A DNA stretch of 64,000 bases from Octopus bimaculoides (lineage: Eukaryota): NCBI RefSeq assembly GCF_001194135.2, contig NC_068987.1, positions 81,470,829 to 81,534,828 of the forward strand, in the 5' to 3' direction. Positions 1 to 13,032 of the stretch are shown one piece after another. Made by a program: the position numbers and the translations under genes. The notes under the pieces were generated by a model. That model worked only from the letters and a program-made list of their open reading frames with translations. It was not told the origin of the DNA and made no database searches. Numbering within the stretch: the first letter of the stretch is position 1; each line of letters begins with the position of its first letter.

Positions 1-435
1 CATCTCACACTTGGATTCTTTTGTATTCTTCACCATTTGTTTATTTTGTATCATAGCAAAGTCAGAAATATATTTCTTGTCTTTATTTTTAGCAGTGTCA
101 TGTTGCCAATAACTGCATTTTTCAATTCACTCATTTTACATTCCTATTGAATAGACTAAACAAAGTTTCATTTCTTCAAAATATGCGGAAGACATTGTAA
201 GTGAGAAGTGTCAATTATTTTAATGAAAACACAATTAGAAACTAGTTAATCTAATTTCATCTGCATCTAACTATTAGGTCACTCGTTAATCGACTGCTTT
301 TCTTAATTATTTGTTACAACCCATGGTTGTGAGGCTAAGAAGTTTATTTTACTACTGCATTGTCTAAGGTTCAACCTCTCCACAGTTAACTTCTACCATA
401 CTGGTTGAAAGCCCATTGCTTTTATATATAAGTGT

Positions 436-815
436 TGCAGTGTGGTTAGAAATTTGTTTCTCAATAACATAATTCTGGGTTCAATCTCGTTATGTAGCAC
501 TCAGAGCAAAAGCCTTCTGCTGTTGTCTCAGGCTGAATAAAGCTTTGTGAGCGGATTTGGTAGATGGAAACTGAAAGCCCATCATGTGTGTGTGTGTGTG
601 TGTCTGTTTGTCACCCACCACTGCTTGCTATCCAGTGTTGGTTTGTTTACATCCCTGTAATGTAGTGGTTCAGCAAAATGGAACAATGAAGTAAGTACCA
701 GGCTTAAAATAAAAAGTACTGGGGTCAATTAATTCGACTAAAAATGATTTCATGGTGGTGCACCAGCTTGGCCATAGTCTGGTGAGTGAAACAAGTAAAA
801 GATAAACGATAAAAA
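436..815 (+). mobile_element. tRNA-derived SINE, family A (decayed)
   Basis: Pol III-like head (gtgtggttagaa...gggttcaatc), body ctttgtgagcggatttggtagatggaaactgaaa, internal (TG)n and 3' end gaaacaagtaaaagataa. Homologous to the copies at 15085, 59235 and 60905. Confidence 0.75.
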
Positions 816-1754
816 TACATGTAATATATATATATGTATTTGAGAATGCAAGTGCACATACATGTGTGTGTTTTTAGCTGGTATATATTGATTAAGATAT
901 TAAGCATTAACGAAAAATCAGAAACGTTTTTGCTCAAAAGAAACGTCCTATATTTGTTCTACATGAAAGTACATACACCTCCTTGTCCCTTTCACCACCA
1001 GAAAGAAATGTAATGAGACAATAATTGCCCCATTGGAAAACCTGCAACTAATGACACCGTTGTAAGCTAATTGTGCTATAAATAATTTTAAAAATTGAAT
1101 AAAACTTGTAATTCAGCTACAATTTCCAGTGATATATGCATTTCAAGCCAGTCCATGTATAACTATAGAACAATGAACCTTATGCTCTTCATTGCAAAAT
1201 TAATAATACAAAGAGTTTTGAAATAATAACTGCTTAATATTTCACCTAATAAAATATTTACAATGTGCTATGCTTGCTAGTACAGTAGTTGGCCAAATGA
1301 TTTCTGACACAATAAATCATATACAGGAAGAATATCTACACACGTGCATGATGCAAGTAAAAACAACATGATTATACAGCAACAACTTGATAATAAGAAG
1401 CCATGTCCATACACATATCAAAACACACAATATAAAATGGATTTTCTAACAAGTGCACATTCTATGTATGTGTGTGTGTATGCATGTTGGTATATATGTA
1501 TATATGTATATATGAATATGCACATATTTTGTTGTGTACACACAAAGGTAGAAAAAAAATATTGCAAGATCATTATTAAGAATTCCTATCAAAACTACAT
1601 ATATGTATAACTTTCTTTCTGTCCAAAATGATAAAAAGAAAACCTTATACATGCAAAATATGACACCTGAAGGCAATGAGAGAAATGATTGATAAAAAAA
1701 AAAATTATAGAAAAAGCATCTACAATTAAGATAACTCCAACAACCAACCTATTG

Positions 1755-1759
1755 ATATA

Positions 1760-1853
<94 letters not shown>
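1755..1853. repeat. compound (TA)n/(CA)n microsatellite next to an assembly gap
   Basis: Seen directly in the sequence. Confidence 0.95.
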
Positions 1854-2354
1854 NNNNNNNNNNNNNNNNNNNNNNNNNNNNNNNNNNNNNNNNNNNNNNN
1901 NNNNNNNNNNNNNNNNNNNNNNNNNNNNNNNNNNNNNNNNNNNNNNNNNNNNNNNNNNNNNNNNNNNNNNNNNNNNNNNNNNNNNNNNNNNNNNNNNNNN
2001 NNNNNNNNNNNNNNNNNNNNNNNNNNNNNNNNNNNNNNNNNNNNNNNNNNNNNNNNNNNNNNNNNNNNNNNNNNNNNNNNNNNNNNNNNNNNNNNNNNNN
2101 NNNNNNNNNNNNNNNNNNNNNNNNNNNNNNNNNNNNNNNNNNNNNNNNNNNNNNNNNNNNNNNNNNNNNNNNNNNNNNNNNNNNNNNNNNNNNNNNNNNN
2201 NNNNNNNNNNNNNNNNNNNNNNNNNNNNNNNNNNNNNNNNNNNNNNNNNNNNNNNNNNNNNNNNNNNNNNNNNNNNNNNNNNNNNNNNNNNNNNNNNNNN
2301 NNNNNNNNNNNNNNNNNNNNNNNNNNNNNNNNNNNNNNNNNNNNNNNNNNNNNN
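1854..2354. other. assembly gap (N run); other gaps at 7628-7689, 23350-23420 and 40688-40722
   Basis: N characters. Confidence 0.99.
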
Positions 2355-2399
2355 AATAGACACTAGTCAAGTACTGGAACTGAGGTAATTTGTTAAACT

Positions 2400-2440
2400 C
2401 CATCACCATCTTCATCAACATCATCATCACCACCACCACC

Positions 2441-2474
<34 letters not shown>

Positions 2475-2930
2475 TCATTTAATGTCTGTTTTTCATGCTG
2501 GCATGGGCTGGACAGTTTGACAAGAGCTGGCAACACAGAAGACTGCATCAGGCTTCACTGTCTGTTTTGGCAGGGGTTTTACAGCTGGATGCCCTTCCTA
2601 AAACCAACCACTTTACATAGTGGACTGAGTGCTTTTTACAGCACCAGCGTGGCTGGTTTTAGTATGGTTTCTACAGCTGGATGCCATTCCAAACACCAAC
2701 CACTTTACTATGTGGATTGGATGCACCAGCACTGGTGGGGTCACTAAGTAACTTGGTGAGAGAGGTGGGGCATTGGAATCAGTGGCTTTGTGCCAGGTGA
2801 TGAGAGGTTAGAGTGTGACAGAGGGACAGGAACAGGTATCTTGCAATGGAGGTGATACATGGTTACCCAGTCAGAGGAAGAGAACAAGAGAGAGAGAGAG
2901 AGTAATGTGGGGTGGTAGATAGTGTTAGAC
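2400..2930 (-). mobile_element. RTE LINE 3' end (3' UTR with (ATG)n tail)
   Basis: (CAT/CAC)n run followed by tttaatgtctgtttttcatgctggcatggg...ctggatgcccttccta. The same terminus occurs in the ORF-bearing RTE copies at 40414, 51700 and 54440. The GA-rich part 2750-2920 matches 27500-27560 in reverse. Confidence 0.75.
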
Positions 2931-2954
2931 AAAATGCCTCACTGTATGGTACTT

Positions 2955-3125
2955 TACAGTCTCAGTGCAAATCCCACCAGGGTCTACTTTGTCTTTCACA
3001 CCCCATTCCCTGAGTTGATAAAATAAAGTATCAGTCAGGTACTGGTATTGATTTAATGAACCATCTCCCTCCCCTAAATATCTAGCCTTGTACCTGTGTT
3101 AGAGACAATTATTATTCCAATAGTA
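2955..3125 (+). mobile_element. SINE family B (decayed)
   Basis: tctactttgtctttcac...gataaaataaagtatcag...actggtattgatttaat...ccttgtacct resembles the well-preserved copy at 41481-41714. Confidence 0.5.
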
Positions 3126-4694
3126 GTATTGATGTGACTAAGAAAGCCAAGCACCAGACTAAATACAACTCTGTAGGTTTGTGCCTCCAGGGTCTTAGTT
3201 TGAGTCTACTCAGGCTGGGATTTTATCTGTCTGTGATTTTGTCTTTTATTTGATTGATAAAACAAATGTCAGTCATCAGGAAGATCGGTTTTATTGACAA
3301 TAATTTTTCCCTCCAAAGGTTTTATTTGTGCCAATGTCAGAAATCCTTACTTTTACTAATGTAATCAAGAAAAATATATATGCACCTTTACATAGTTGCT
3401 TAACTTTCTTGAAACAGCAGCCAAATTCTCTCCTACCCTTCTACTGTCCTAAAAGAAACTATACATTAGATAATGTAGTCCTATTTTCTTTTAAAAAGAC
3501 AAGATTACCAAAGCTTTGATATGACCTATATCTAATCAACAACAAAAAGAAAAGGTCTGTTGGGTCAAAATTAGGATTCCTACTTTAAGAATAATTAAAT
3601 GAAATCATACTAAAAGCTTTGTACAATATAAAAGTTCTATACCTATTTAAGATACTTTTCAAAGGTTAAAGCTGGCAAAATGTTTAATTCCTAACTGTTT
3701 TGGCCTCTTCAAGACCCTACTTTTGACATTGCATTGCTTTTTAATTTTCAAACAATCTAAGACATTTTTTCAGGCATTTACCTCCTTTAACAAAATTTAT
3801 AGGTGTACAAAACTTTGAACTCATGTTGAAGTAGATAATTATGGATAAACCCCTACATTTATATTAAATTATGGGCAATTTAATGTAATTTCAATAAATA
3901 AATGTTGTTCATTTATTTGTGATATTCATATGTCTATGCTAAATGAATTGCATGCTGGAAAATGATTTATGAGTTGATATAAAACACACATCTTACATAA
4001 TTACAAAATAGATCCTTCCTGGGTACTGTTCAGTATAAAATTATATAAAATTATCAACATTTCTTACATAGTCAATAAAGAAAGAAAGCTGATTTAAACA
4101 TAAAATCCATAAAAAGTGATAATTCAAAGTTATTTCACAAGTTCTAAGACAAACATACTCTAACATGACAACTTAAAAAATCCTTACATATATACACACT
4201 TCACTGTGATACTTATAAAAGCTTTCCATTAGCTGGTGCTTTGTTTGAATGACACCTACAACAAAAGTTTATGTTAACTTTTTTGGTCAAGCTACTGCAT
4301 ACTATATGGTCTCTGTCCATTGCACCATCTAGGGGAAGATGGGTCTTTGCATTCTTTCTAAAAGATGTCTTTATCATGGCTATCTTGAAATATCTGAGAT
4401 CTTGTGCTTATGTGGTCAAACAACCAGAAAACTTTGGTTCATTCAATGCTGAAGGTTGTTCAAACAGTGTGCTCTCAAAGTTTCTTCCTTGTAGTGATAT
4501 TTCTGACAGGAATGAATGTCCTTCAAACTCTGAAAACAAACTGCAATAAACTTCAATCACTTGGTCTATTATATTTTAATAATCATCATAAGCAAAATAA
4601 CAAATGTGCTTATTTACAGTTCTATATTTGAGAGATGAGGAATTATTTACATTATTTACATTTGATGATATTTGTCCTCATCTTGTTTGTTGTT

Positions 4695-4740
4695 AACACA
4701 ATGTTTCAGCTGATATACTCTCCAGCCTTCATCAGGTGTC
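4695..4740 (-). ncRNA. Minimal type I hammerhead ribozyme motif (PLE-type, probably CpG-decayed)
   Basis: The minus strand reads GACAC-CTGATGA-AGGCTG[GAGAGTATAT]CAGCT-GAAA-CATT-GTGTT: stem I GACAC/GTGTT, intact CUGAUGA and GAAA cores, stem II GCTG/CAGC. Helix III is loopless, with ACAT where the palindromic ACGT is expected. Confidence 0.7.
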
Positions 4741-4742
4741 TG

Positions 4743-4787
4743 AATAATAATAATAATAATATTAATAATAATAATAATAATAATAAC

Positions 4788-4820
<33 letters not shown>

Positions 4821-4845
4821 CATAATAATAACAACAACAACAACG
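4743..4845. repeat. (AAT)n/(AAC)n microsatellite
   Basis: Seen directly in the sequence. Confidence 0.95.
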
Positions 4846-7580
4846 AAAAGTACCTTAGGAATGAGAACCCAGGTTTGATATTTTCCCCAAGACACCTGAT
4901 GACAACAAGCAAGATGAGCTCAAATATCTGTCAAATGTAAATAATGTGCTTATTTACACTCATAGAAATTCAAACAAACAATAATAATAAAAAAAGGTGC
5001 TTCACCTCTATAACACTTGTGTATGGTATAAGACATTAATAAAAATGCAATGAGGCTGTGTAGCTTCTGTTTGTTCAGTGAAATACATTTTGATGTGGCA
5101 CCTAATCATGTAAGCGTTAATTAGAAAAAGGTCTTCTCTTAACATCCCAGTCTCTGTTTGAATTTGTTTTCTTTGTTTTTTTTTTTAATAATTCAGTGAG
5201 AGAATGATGGGCAGTTCCTAATGACTCAACCTGATTGAAATAGCATTTATTGTGTCAGAAAGCTTTAACTAGTACACAGAGCAGATTGTAATTATTTTAC
5301 TATGTGATATTTTAAGCTGATTTCATTGCAAAACCCTTTGTGTGCTAAATTTTGCAATAATGAACATAATTTTCATTCCTACCAATGGTTTGACTTGAAA
5401 TGCCTGTATCATTGGAAACTAACTGAATTACCAGTTTCATTAATTGTTTTTTATGACAAAGTGGTCTCTGCTAAAATCACTTAAAGACAAAATGATGGTA
5501 GTGTTAAAGCAGGTGACAAATATGTCTGCATCCAACATCTTTCCTCATTGTAATAGTGAATCTTTCAAGCATAGAACGATATTTTACAAATAAAGAAAAA
5601 TGATAAAGACACCATTGCACATTGTAGTTGTAGCTTGGTTTCTATGGCTGGATGTCCTTCCTAATAACAATCACTTTATAGAGTGTATTGAATTCTTCTT
5701 ATTGTGGAGTGAAAAGCAAAAAACTATCAGGCATTTGAAATGACCAGAGAGTTGAAAGACCTTCTGATTTTGTTAAAATCATGGTGTCTTCCTTCTTTCA
5801 TGGCAGCATGGCCAAAATAGAGTAAATAGTAGGATCCTTTAACTGATGAAAACTTTAAATTTTATTCCTTTCTAAAATGAGTAAATAAGAATTGAATGAT
5901 TAATGTATGTTTAACTGTTATGTGAAATAAAAATACAAAATCACTGAATAAAATGTGAATGGTCAGTGAAATATTTTTCTGTTTTTTGTTGTTTTTGAAT
6001 CTTAGATATATTGTCCAGGAAATAGCTTTTAGAATAAACTATTCTAACTTGAGATACTGTACTGTTGATCAATAAGAAGAACATTCTATTTATGATAAAA
6101 GTCCTATTTTATTTTACTTTTCAATATTGGTGTTACAAATAGCTTACACAGGTAAATCTGAACAAACTCTTTTAGTACTTCCCATAAATTTATCACAGTT
6201 AAATTTTGGAAATGAAATTTTATTGTAGATCTAAATAATGGTTTATGTTATATCATTATAAGTATGTGTATTTAATGGTTCAAAGTTAATTGACAGAATT
6301 CTTTGATAATGGTCAATATAAATCTTAGAGACAGACAAAAGTACAAGATTAAAAGATTCCAATAGACTTTTGAAGTTTGCTTTCTTCTATATATAATTCT
6401 CTTGTATTAAGCACCTATCTATTATTCTCAGATATTTACTATCATTGATTTATGGTATTGATATTTTTCAATGAATATTTTGAGTATATCTTTAGCTATG
6501 TATATTCTTTGTCTAAATCTTTTTTAAGGCTGTAAAACCTTTTTAATCTGTTTGACAGAGTGGGATAATGTCATATATATTTAATAGTTATGATAAACCA
6601 TTTATCTGTTTTCAAATTATTTGTAGTATACAGAATAAAAAAAACATGCAGAAATTTCTTCAGATTACAAATATTAAACTATATTATCATATGTTTACTA
6701 ATTATTTTTCAGTTCTTTGCATAATACTAAAAAAATGAAATTTAAATTACTTTTCCACTACTGTTGTAGTATTTTACATCTTTTTTTTATTAATAAATAA
6801 TCTTTTAGATTTTTCATATCAGACCATTGATTCAAGTTTAAAATTGGAAATAACTTCTTACTATAAATTGTCTTTTCTATCAAAACATAAATGCAAACAG
6901 CATTTAATTTTTAGTGAAAGAAAAAGTCAAATTTCAAAATAACTTATAATTTGTTTGAATGCTAGTATGAAAAAAGAAATTTTAACATTCTTTTTTTAAA
7001 TTATATCTATTTTTATCTCTTCAGGAATAGATATAATGTATTTCTATGTACATTTCTTCTGTGTGTATGCACACATGCATGTGTGTCTGTGTGTGTCTGT
7101 GTATATGCTTGTGTATGTAATATTTCTTAATATATTTCTAACATTCAAGAAACATTTCTTCATGCTTGTAATAGCTTGAATAAAAGAATTTAATATTTTA
7201 TAATAATAATAATAATAATAATAATAGTAAGAAGAAGATGAAGTAAAAGAATAATAAGTTCTTGTTTGTACACCCTTCAGAAGAAATTGTTTATATTAGA
7301 TGTGAGTTCTCTTTTCATTTTTTTCATCCAACCAGAGCAACAACATCACTTTCTAATTCTTTCTCACTTTCTGATGTATAACAGGATCCTCAAGCATTAG
7401 GTCTTTCCCTCCACACATTATGGAGTTTTTCTATGAATTCTCTTATTGACAAGTGTTGCTAATGCAGATTACCACCTCAGTTCTTGGGTTTTCCATCTTT
7501 TCTCCTTTTAATCATTGCTCTTTGCATGTAAGGATTACAATTCAATTAATTGAAAGTTTGAAATAATGGAGGTTAATACG

Positions 7581-7584
<4 letters not shown>

Positions 7585-7627
<43 letters not shown>

Positions 7628-7689
7628 NNNNNNNNNNNNNNNNNNNNNNNNNNNNNNNNNNNNNNNNNNNNNNNNNNNNNNNNNNNNNN

Positions 7690-7743
<54 letters not shown>
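7585..7743. repeat. (GA)n microsatellite spanning a gap
   Basis: Seen directly in the sequence. Confidence 0.95.
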
Positions 7744-7749
<6 letters not shown>

Positions 7750-10700
7750 GAACTATGCACATGATTTGTTGAAAATTTAGGAGAATGTTCAGTGTATAAG
7801 GAATGAAAAAATAGCAAAATATTTCCTGTAAACTTTGAATGTAAAAGCTTTATTACAATGGTGGCAAGAAAGATCATCATCCAATATGCTTTAGTGATCA
7901 AGGGCTGTTGACATCTTGAATAATGAAGAGTTTGGATTAATAATAGTCTTCAAGAAACCAGGCTGCAGTAGACTCATCTAATTTTCACCTAAATGGACTG
8001 GAGTAACATGAAATGAAGTGCTTTACTCAAGGACACATTGTCACCCATGGGCTAATAACTGAGTCCAGCACGGTTGTATGCCTTCCCATCAGTTAAAATA
8101 GAAACCTGAAAAAGCTCCTGGATTGAGGAGCTTTCAGTTAAATAAAGAGCTTTTGTGGAATTTGTTCTAAAATTTAAAGGATCAAAAGGAGGTAGCAAGG
8201 AATGTTCATGAGATTATTATTCCAAAATAAGATATGCATTTGGTGGATATTGAATTTTTTTTTTTTTTAGAATTACGTGCAGCAAAAATAGTTTTGTTCC
8301 AAGTTTGATGTTTATAATCAAAGAGGAGGCCTATTAGTGTAATTTAGCAACATTGTATCTAATGTTTTAACAAGTATCAGATACAATGTCCGGCAGTATT
8401 TATTCTAACTCACTGCATTCTAACTTGAGAGTATTAGAGTTGAAGTGAACATTTTAACAATTTGTAAAAAATTTAATTTATTGTATACTGTTCATTTTAT
8501 ATGTCAGAGATTTTAACTTATTTTATTTCTTAAATTATAAAAATATTTTTTTAAGAACTAATTTTAAAGGTTTCTTTATGAATTTATTTTAAATTTTATT
8601 AAAATTTTATTTCAGTTCTGACATTAAGTGTTGTTGTAAGATAAGTCTGTATTGAAACTTAAAGCTATGAAACTGCAGTAAGAAAATTAATGCTTTATGC
8701 TCTAGTTGCTATCCATCGGCCTATGATGTTTCTGCATCATTACAGACTTTGTTTTATTTTTGTTGCTTCCTCCTACAAAAACTATGTTAACCAAGGGGAA
8801 ATGAGAAGAGAGAAAAAAAAAAAAAACAAGAAAACTTACTTGTATTTTCTAAAAAAATCTTCATATTTTTATAAGTGATCAGTATGACTTCGTTTTTACA
8901 ATTAGGGCTGAAACATAAGCATAGAAAATTGAACGTTCTGTTTGAAGATGATGTTTGTATAAATCAGGACCCGAGGGGTTAAGTATAGACAAATTACTTG
9001 CCCCTAGTGTAAAAGCAAAAACTGTGGAAATGACATTACTAAAGGTTGATGAACAAAGTACATGAAAGTCATACAGAGTTTCTTTATTAAACTAAGTTGT
9101 ACAAAATAATATAAACCATGATTAGAAGAGTGGTCATAATATGGAAACAAGAAATTTTTGGTCCTTTTTTACTGAGATACTGTATGCATTGAGCTAGGTT
9201 GATTCTACACTAGTTGCTTTTTTGGATATTCGGATTGCCTTCATTGACTGGTATAGTAACCTCATCAAACACTTTCTATAAGGTAAAAGGAAATGTTCAA
9301 AAGAGGGAAAAATTCAAATTCCTCAAGTTAATCCCTCAATTTCAGATCCATTAGTCATGATTTATTTTGCATTGAAAAATCTAATGAAGAATTTTAGTAA
9401 AAATTTCATCTGGGAGGAATAGTCAGAGAATAAACTGCAGTTCAATATGGCAAAGATCAAATTAGGAGATAATAATACACAGCACAAAATTGCAATTGTT
9501 CAATTCATGGAAAGATACTTGAGAAAAATTCAATGCATATTCACTATAATAAGAAAGAGTGCTCAAGAAAGAGTGCTCGTAATTTTAAACACTCCAAATG
9601 TGTAAGAGTAATTAGCAGGCAGGACAGCTATAATATAAACACATAGACTGGTTAGATTGGCTCATTGGAAACTGTAAAAGAGAGAAAAACTAATCAAGTA
9701 CTTAGGGGATTTAAGTACAAGTAGGATGGAAAATTTCAAGGAGCTGAGGGTTGTTCATAATAAACATCTTCTCAGACTGTATGGGCATGATTAAGGAGTG
9801 TGAGGCTGTAAATTAGTAGAATATAAATAGAACACCTGGATTAGCAAAATAGAAATAAATGATGGTGCTTAAAATTTTGGATATTATTTTACAAGAGCTG
9901 AGCATAAGTAAATTGAGAAAGTAGTTTGGTGTCAATAATATTGGTTGATTAGTGTTAGAGGAGCATATACTAGGTTATGTAATGCAAATGGAGGAGATAT
10001 GCTGAGTAAAAATTGGTGAACAATAGTGCCAAAGTCAGTAGTGATAACAGTGATGTCAATGATGACAGCAGTGATGAGGTAAATTCTAATAATGTTGGTA
10101 GTAACAACATGATGATGACAGTGGTGATGATGGCATTAATATCATACACTCTATGGATTTCTTCAGTTACAGAACAGTAACTATAAAATACACATGCATA
10201 TTTGCAAGATAAGTTAATGGATTTTTTAATGATTTAAAAATTTTTATTTTGTCTTTTTGTTCATACTATCCTTGTTGAAAATACTAACAAAATTCTAATT
10301 ATGAAATTTATTAGAATCTGTCTACTAGTTCAGAAATCAATAATCAAAATTTTAAAATTGTTTTTGCTTTAGCTTGTTATATAAATTAATTTATGAATAC
10401 AAGATAACAGAAATATACTCATCTAACATTGTCTAGAAATTGAAATATTTTATTATAAATGCAGAAAGGTTCTAATTGCATTAAGTGTTTTGTTGATCAC
10501 ATGCTTTAAGCTTATGGTCTTTTGAACATTGAAAGAAATGAAATCAACTATATACAAAAACAAATCAACTGTAATGACAAACGTCTAAAAGCTATAATGA
10601 TATATTTTCGCTTATATTTATCAAATGTCAAAAATTTCAGATTGATTAAAATGTAATGTGTTAAATGGCTTCACCACTTCTCTGGAAGATGAATATTTGA

Positions 10701-11264
10701 TTAGCATTGCTTTTGTGTTCTTATATACACTGAGATTTATTTATCAAAAGTTGTTATGATTACATTTTCATAAATGTAACCAATAACATCTAAAAATAAA
10801 TGGATTTCATTTATTAAATTGAACCACATTTCTTTTATCTCCACCACAATTATGACAATCTTCATGTTAGCCTAATTGCTTCTTGCAGCTGATAAACACG
10901 ATGAACTTATTATGTTCCACTTTGTGAACTATATGCCTTACAAATGCTATAATATTTATGAATATTTATTTCATATGCTTGCTCTTTTTCTGAAGAAGGT
11001 ATACAATTATGTTAGCAGTGCTTAGATTTCTTTTGCATTTCAATAAGAGGACTGTTTTTATTTTATCAATAGGTCATAAGTCTTTCACAATAATAAACCA
11101 TTTATTTTAGTCTTCTCAGACTTCACTACTTGAAAGCTTCATTCCAACAAAACTATTCATTATTGTAATAATTCATGGGATGCATACAGAACAGTAAGAA
11201 TCCAAACAGTAATGTATTTAGTCATCCTTAATACACTCTAGAAGATTTGAACATGAATATTATC

Positions 11265-11284
11265 ATCATCATCGTCATCATCAC

Positions 11285-11322
<38 letters not shown>

Positions 11323-11720
11323 CTTAGCGTCCATTTTCTAAGCTGGCATGGGTTAGACAGTTTAGCTGGAACTGGTAAGCTGGAGAGCTATACCAGTCTC
11401 TTTTGGTTTGGTTTCTACAGCTAGATGCTCTTCCTAATGCCAAACACTCCATAGAGTGTAGTGGGTACCTTTTACATGTCACCGGCTTGAGTACATTTCA
11501 CAGGTGCTGGCACAAATGCTTTTCATGTGTCACTGGCATGGGTGCTTTTACATATCACCGGCACTGGCCACAACTATGATTTCACTTGGTTTGACATGTC
11601 TTCTCAAGCACAACAAATATCTGAATACTATTGCCTTTTGTCATCAGAGAACACCTCCTCCCTCGTTTGGTGCTTTGTGTACAGGATGTGTAACAGCCTT
11701 CCGAAGTACATGTGCTCAAA
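11265..11720 (-). mobile_element. RTE LINE 3' end with (ATG)n tail
   Basis: (CAT)n followed by ttagcgtccattttctaagctggcatgggttagacag...gtttctacagctagatgctcttcctaatgccaa, as in the other RTE termini. The GA-rich tract 11820-12480 may be more of a decayed UTR. Confidence 0.7.
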
Positions 11721-12649
11721 TGCTTGAATCCTTCACTCCATGTCAATTGTATAAGTCCAGCTCTCACATCCATGCAGACAAGTGGACATTCTCATTCTTT
11801 TAGTTCTATATTTATTCAAGGCAGCATGACCAAGAGGGAGTGCATAAAAAGATGAAAAGAAGTACAGTGGCAGAGGGACGAGTGTGAGTGGGTGAAAGGG
11901 GTGAGAGATAATGGGTAAAAACAGGATGATTGGAATGTGAGGGTAGTAGAGTGTAGAGTTATGGAAGAATGACTGTTCTTGGTCAAGTAATGAAAAAGAG
12001 ACAATAATGGTAACTGTATGTTTGTTGATGTCAAAGAGAGGTCATGTTATAAATTGTAACAGAAATAGGTGGAAGTAAGAATGTCACTAATAAATGTGCT
12101 GGGGGAGAGTGAATGATGGCTGGCAGCACAGAAAAAGTGATGGTAAAATATATCAGCTAATAACACATCTAATGTTATCTCTTTTACCTATGTGTTTTGA
12201 TGGGAGAGAAAGGTGGAATGGAAGAGAGAGATAGGTGAAGTGAATAGGGTAGTGGTAGAATACACACAGATTCAATATTATCCTTCATTACAAGGGCGGC
12301 ATGTTGCAGTGAGAAGTATGTGTTAGAGAGATGAGTGGATTGGATAGATTCAGTGCTATTCAGTGCTAGATTGGATAGTTCAGTGGCTGGCATAGTATAG
12401 TGAATAGGAGAGGGGGTAAAGGTGACAGTGTAAGAGGTGAGAGGGTGTAAAAAAGGCTAGGATCAGCAGACAGAGGCTTATCAGGGATATATTTTGTAAG
12501 AGACACAAATATAGGCATGCATGTGTACATACATGCAATCAGACACATGCGTTTGCATGCATTCATACATATATGCTTGCATGCATACATACATGTGCAC
12601 ACACATACATGCAATTGTACATACATACATAATATATATCTGGAGACAC

Positions 12650-12975
12650 CCTTCAGTCATGAATGACCATGGGATTGAACCTAGAAAGTTACCCTCCGAG
12701 GCACAAGTCCAGGCAAGGTTGTTAATGGAAGGCCAGCAGTCACTCATGCATACCAGCCTCCCTTCTCCACACCACTGATGTTATCCAAGGGAAAGGCAAA
12801 GGCCGATTCAACTTGGCACCTGTGATGTTGCAATTCATTTTTATAGCTGAGTTAACTGGAGCAACGTGAAATAAAGTGTCTTGCTCAAGAACACATGCAG
12901 CCCGGTCCGGGAACTGAACTCACAACCTCATGGTCGTAAGCTCAATGCTCTCACCACTGAGCCATGCACCTTCAC
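12650..12975 (-). mobile_element. tRNA-derived SINE, family C variant
   Basis: Minus strand head gtgaaggtgcatggctcagtggtgagagc (A box TGGCTCAGTGG) ...gtgagttcagttcccgg (B box), then gtgttcttgagcaagacactttatttcacgttgctccag, shared with 30665 and 51127. Confidence 0.8.
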
Positions 12976-12981
12976 ACACAC

Positions 12982-13014
<33 letters not shown>

Positions 13015-13032
13015 TATATATATATATATATA

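Larger units (their letters stand above)
4603..4958. mobile_element. Non-autonomous Penelope-like (pseudo-LTR / retrozyme-like) insert: two inverted hammerhead-bearing units around (AAT)n, flanked by a 16-bp direct repeat
   Basis: aatgtgcttatttaca occurs at 4603-4618 and 4943-4958. The left unit (4619-4740, minus) and right unit (4846-4942, plus) share gacacctgatga...caacaa(a/g)caagatgag..caaatatc..tcaaatgtaaataatgt. Confidence 0.7.

Noticed and set aside
1344-2478. Long ORFs in the track (up to 250 aa)
   Set aside because: They are made of (TA)n/(CA)n/(CAT)n repeats and N runs; artefacts.
4400-4530. Minus-strand acceptor (ttattgcagtttgttttcag) followed by EFEGHSFLSEISLQGRNF...TT*
   Set aside because: Two frames are similarly open for a short distance, no partner exon or homology is recognisable, and it overlaps a plus-strand ORF of equally unknown status.
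12930-12975. tRNA genes at SINE heads (also 15440-15490, 41660-41714, 51127-51200)
   Set aside because: A and B boxes are present, but there is no cloverleaf acceptor stem and each continues into a SINE body.
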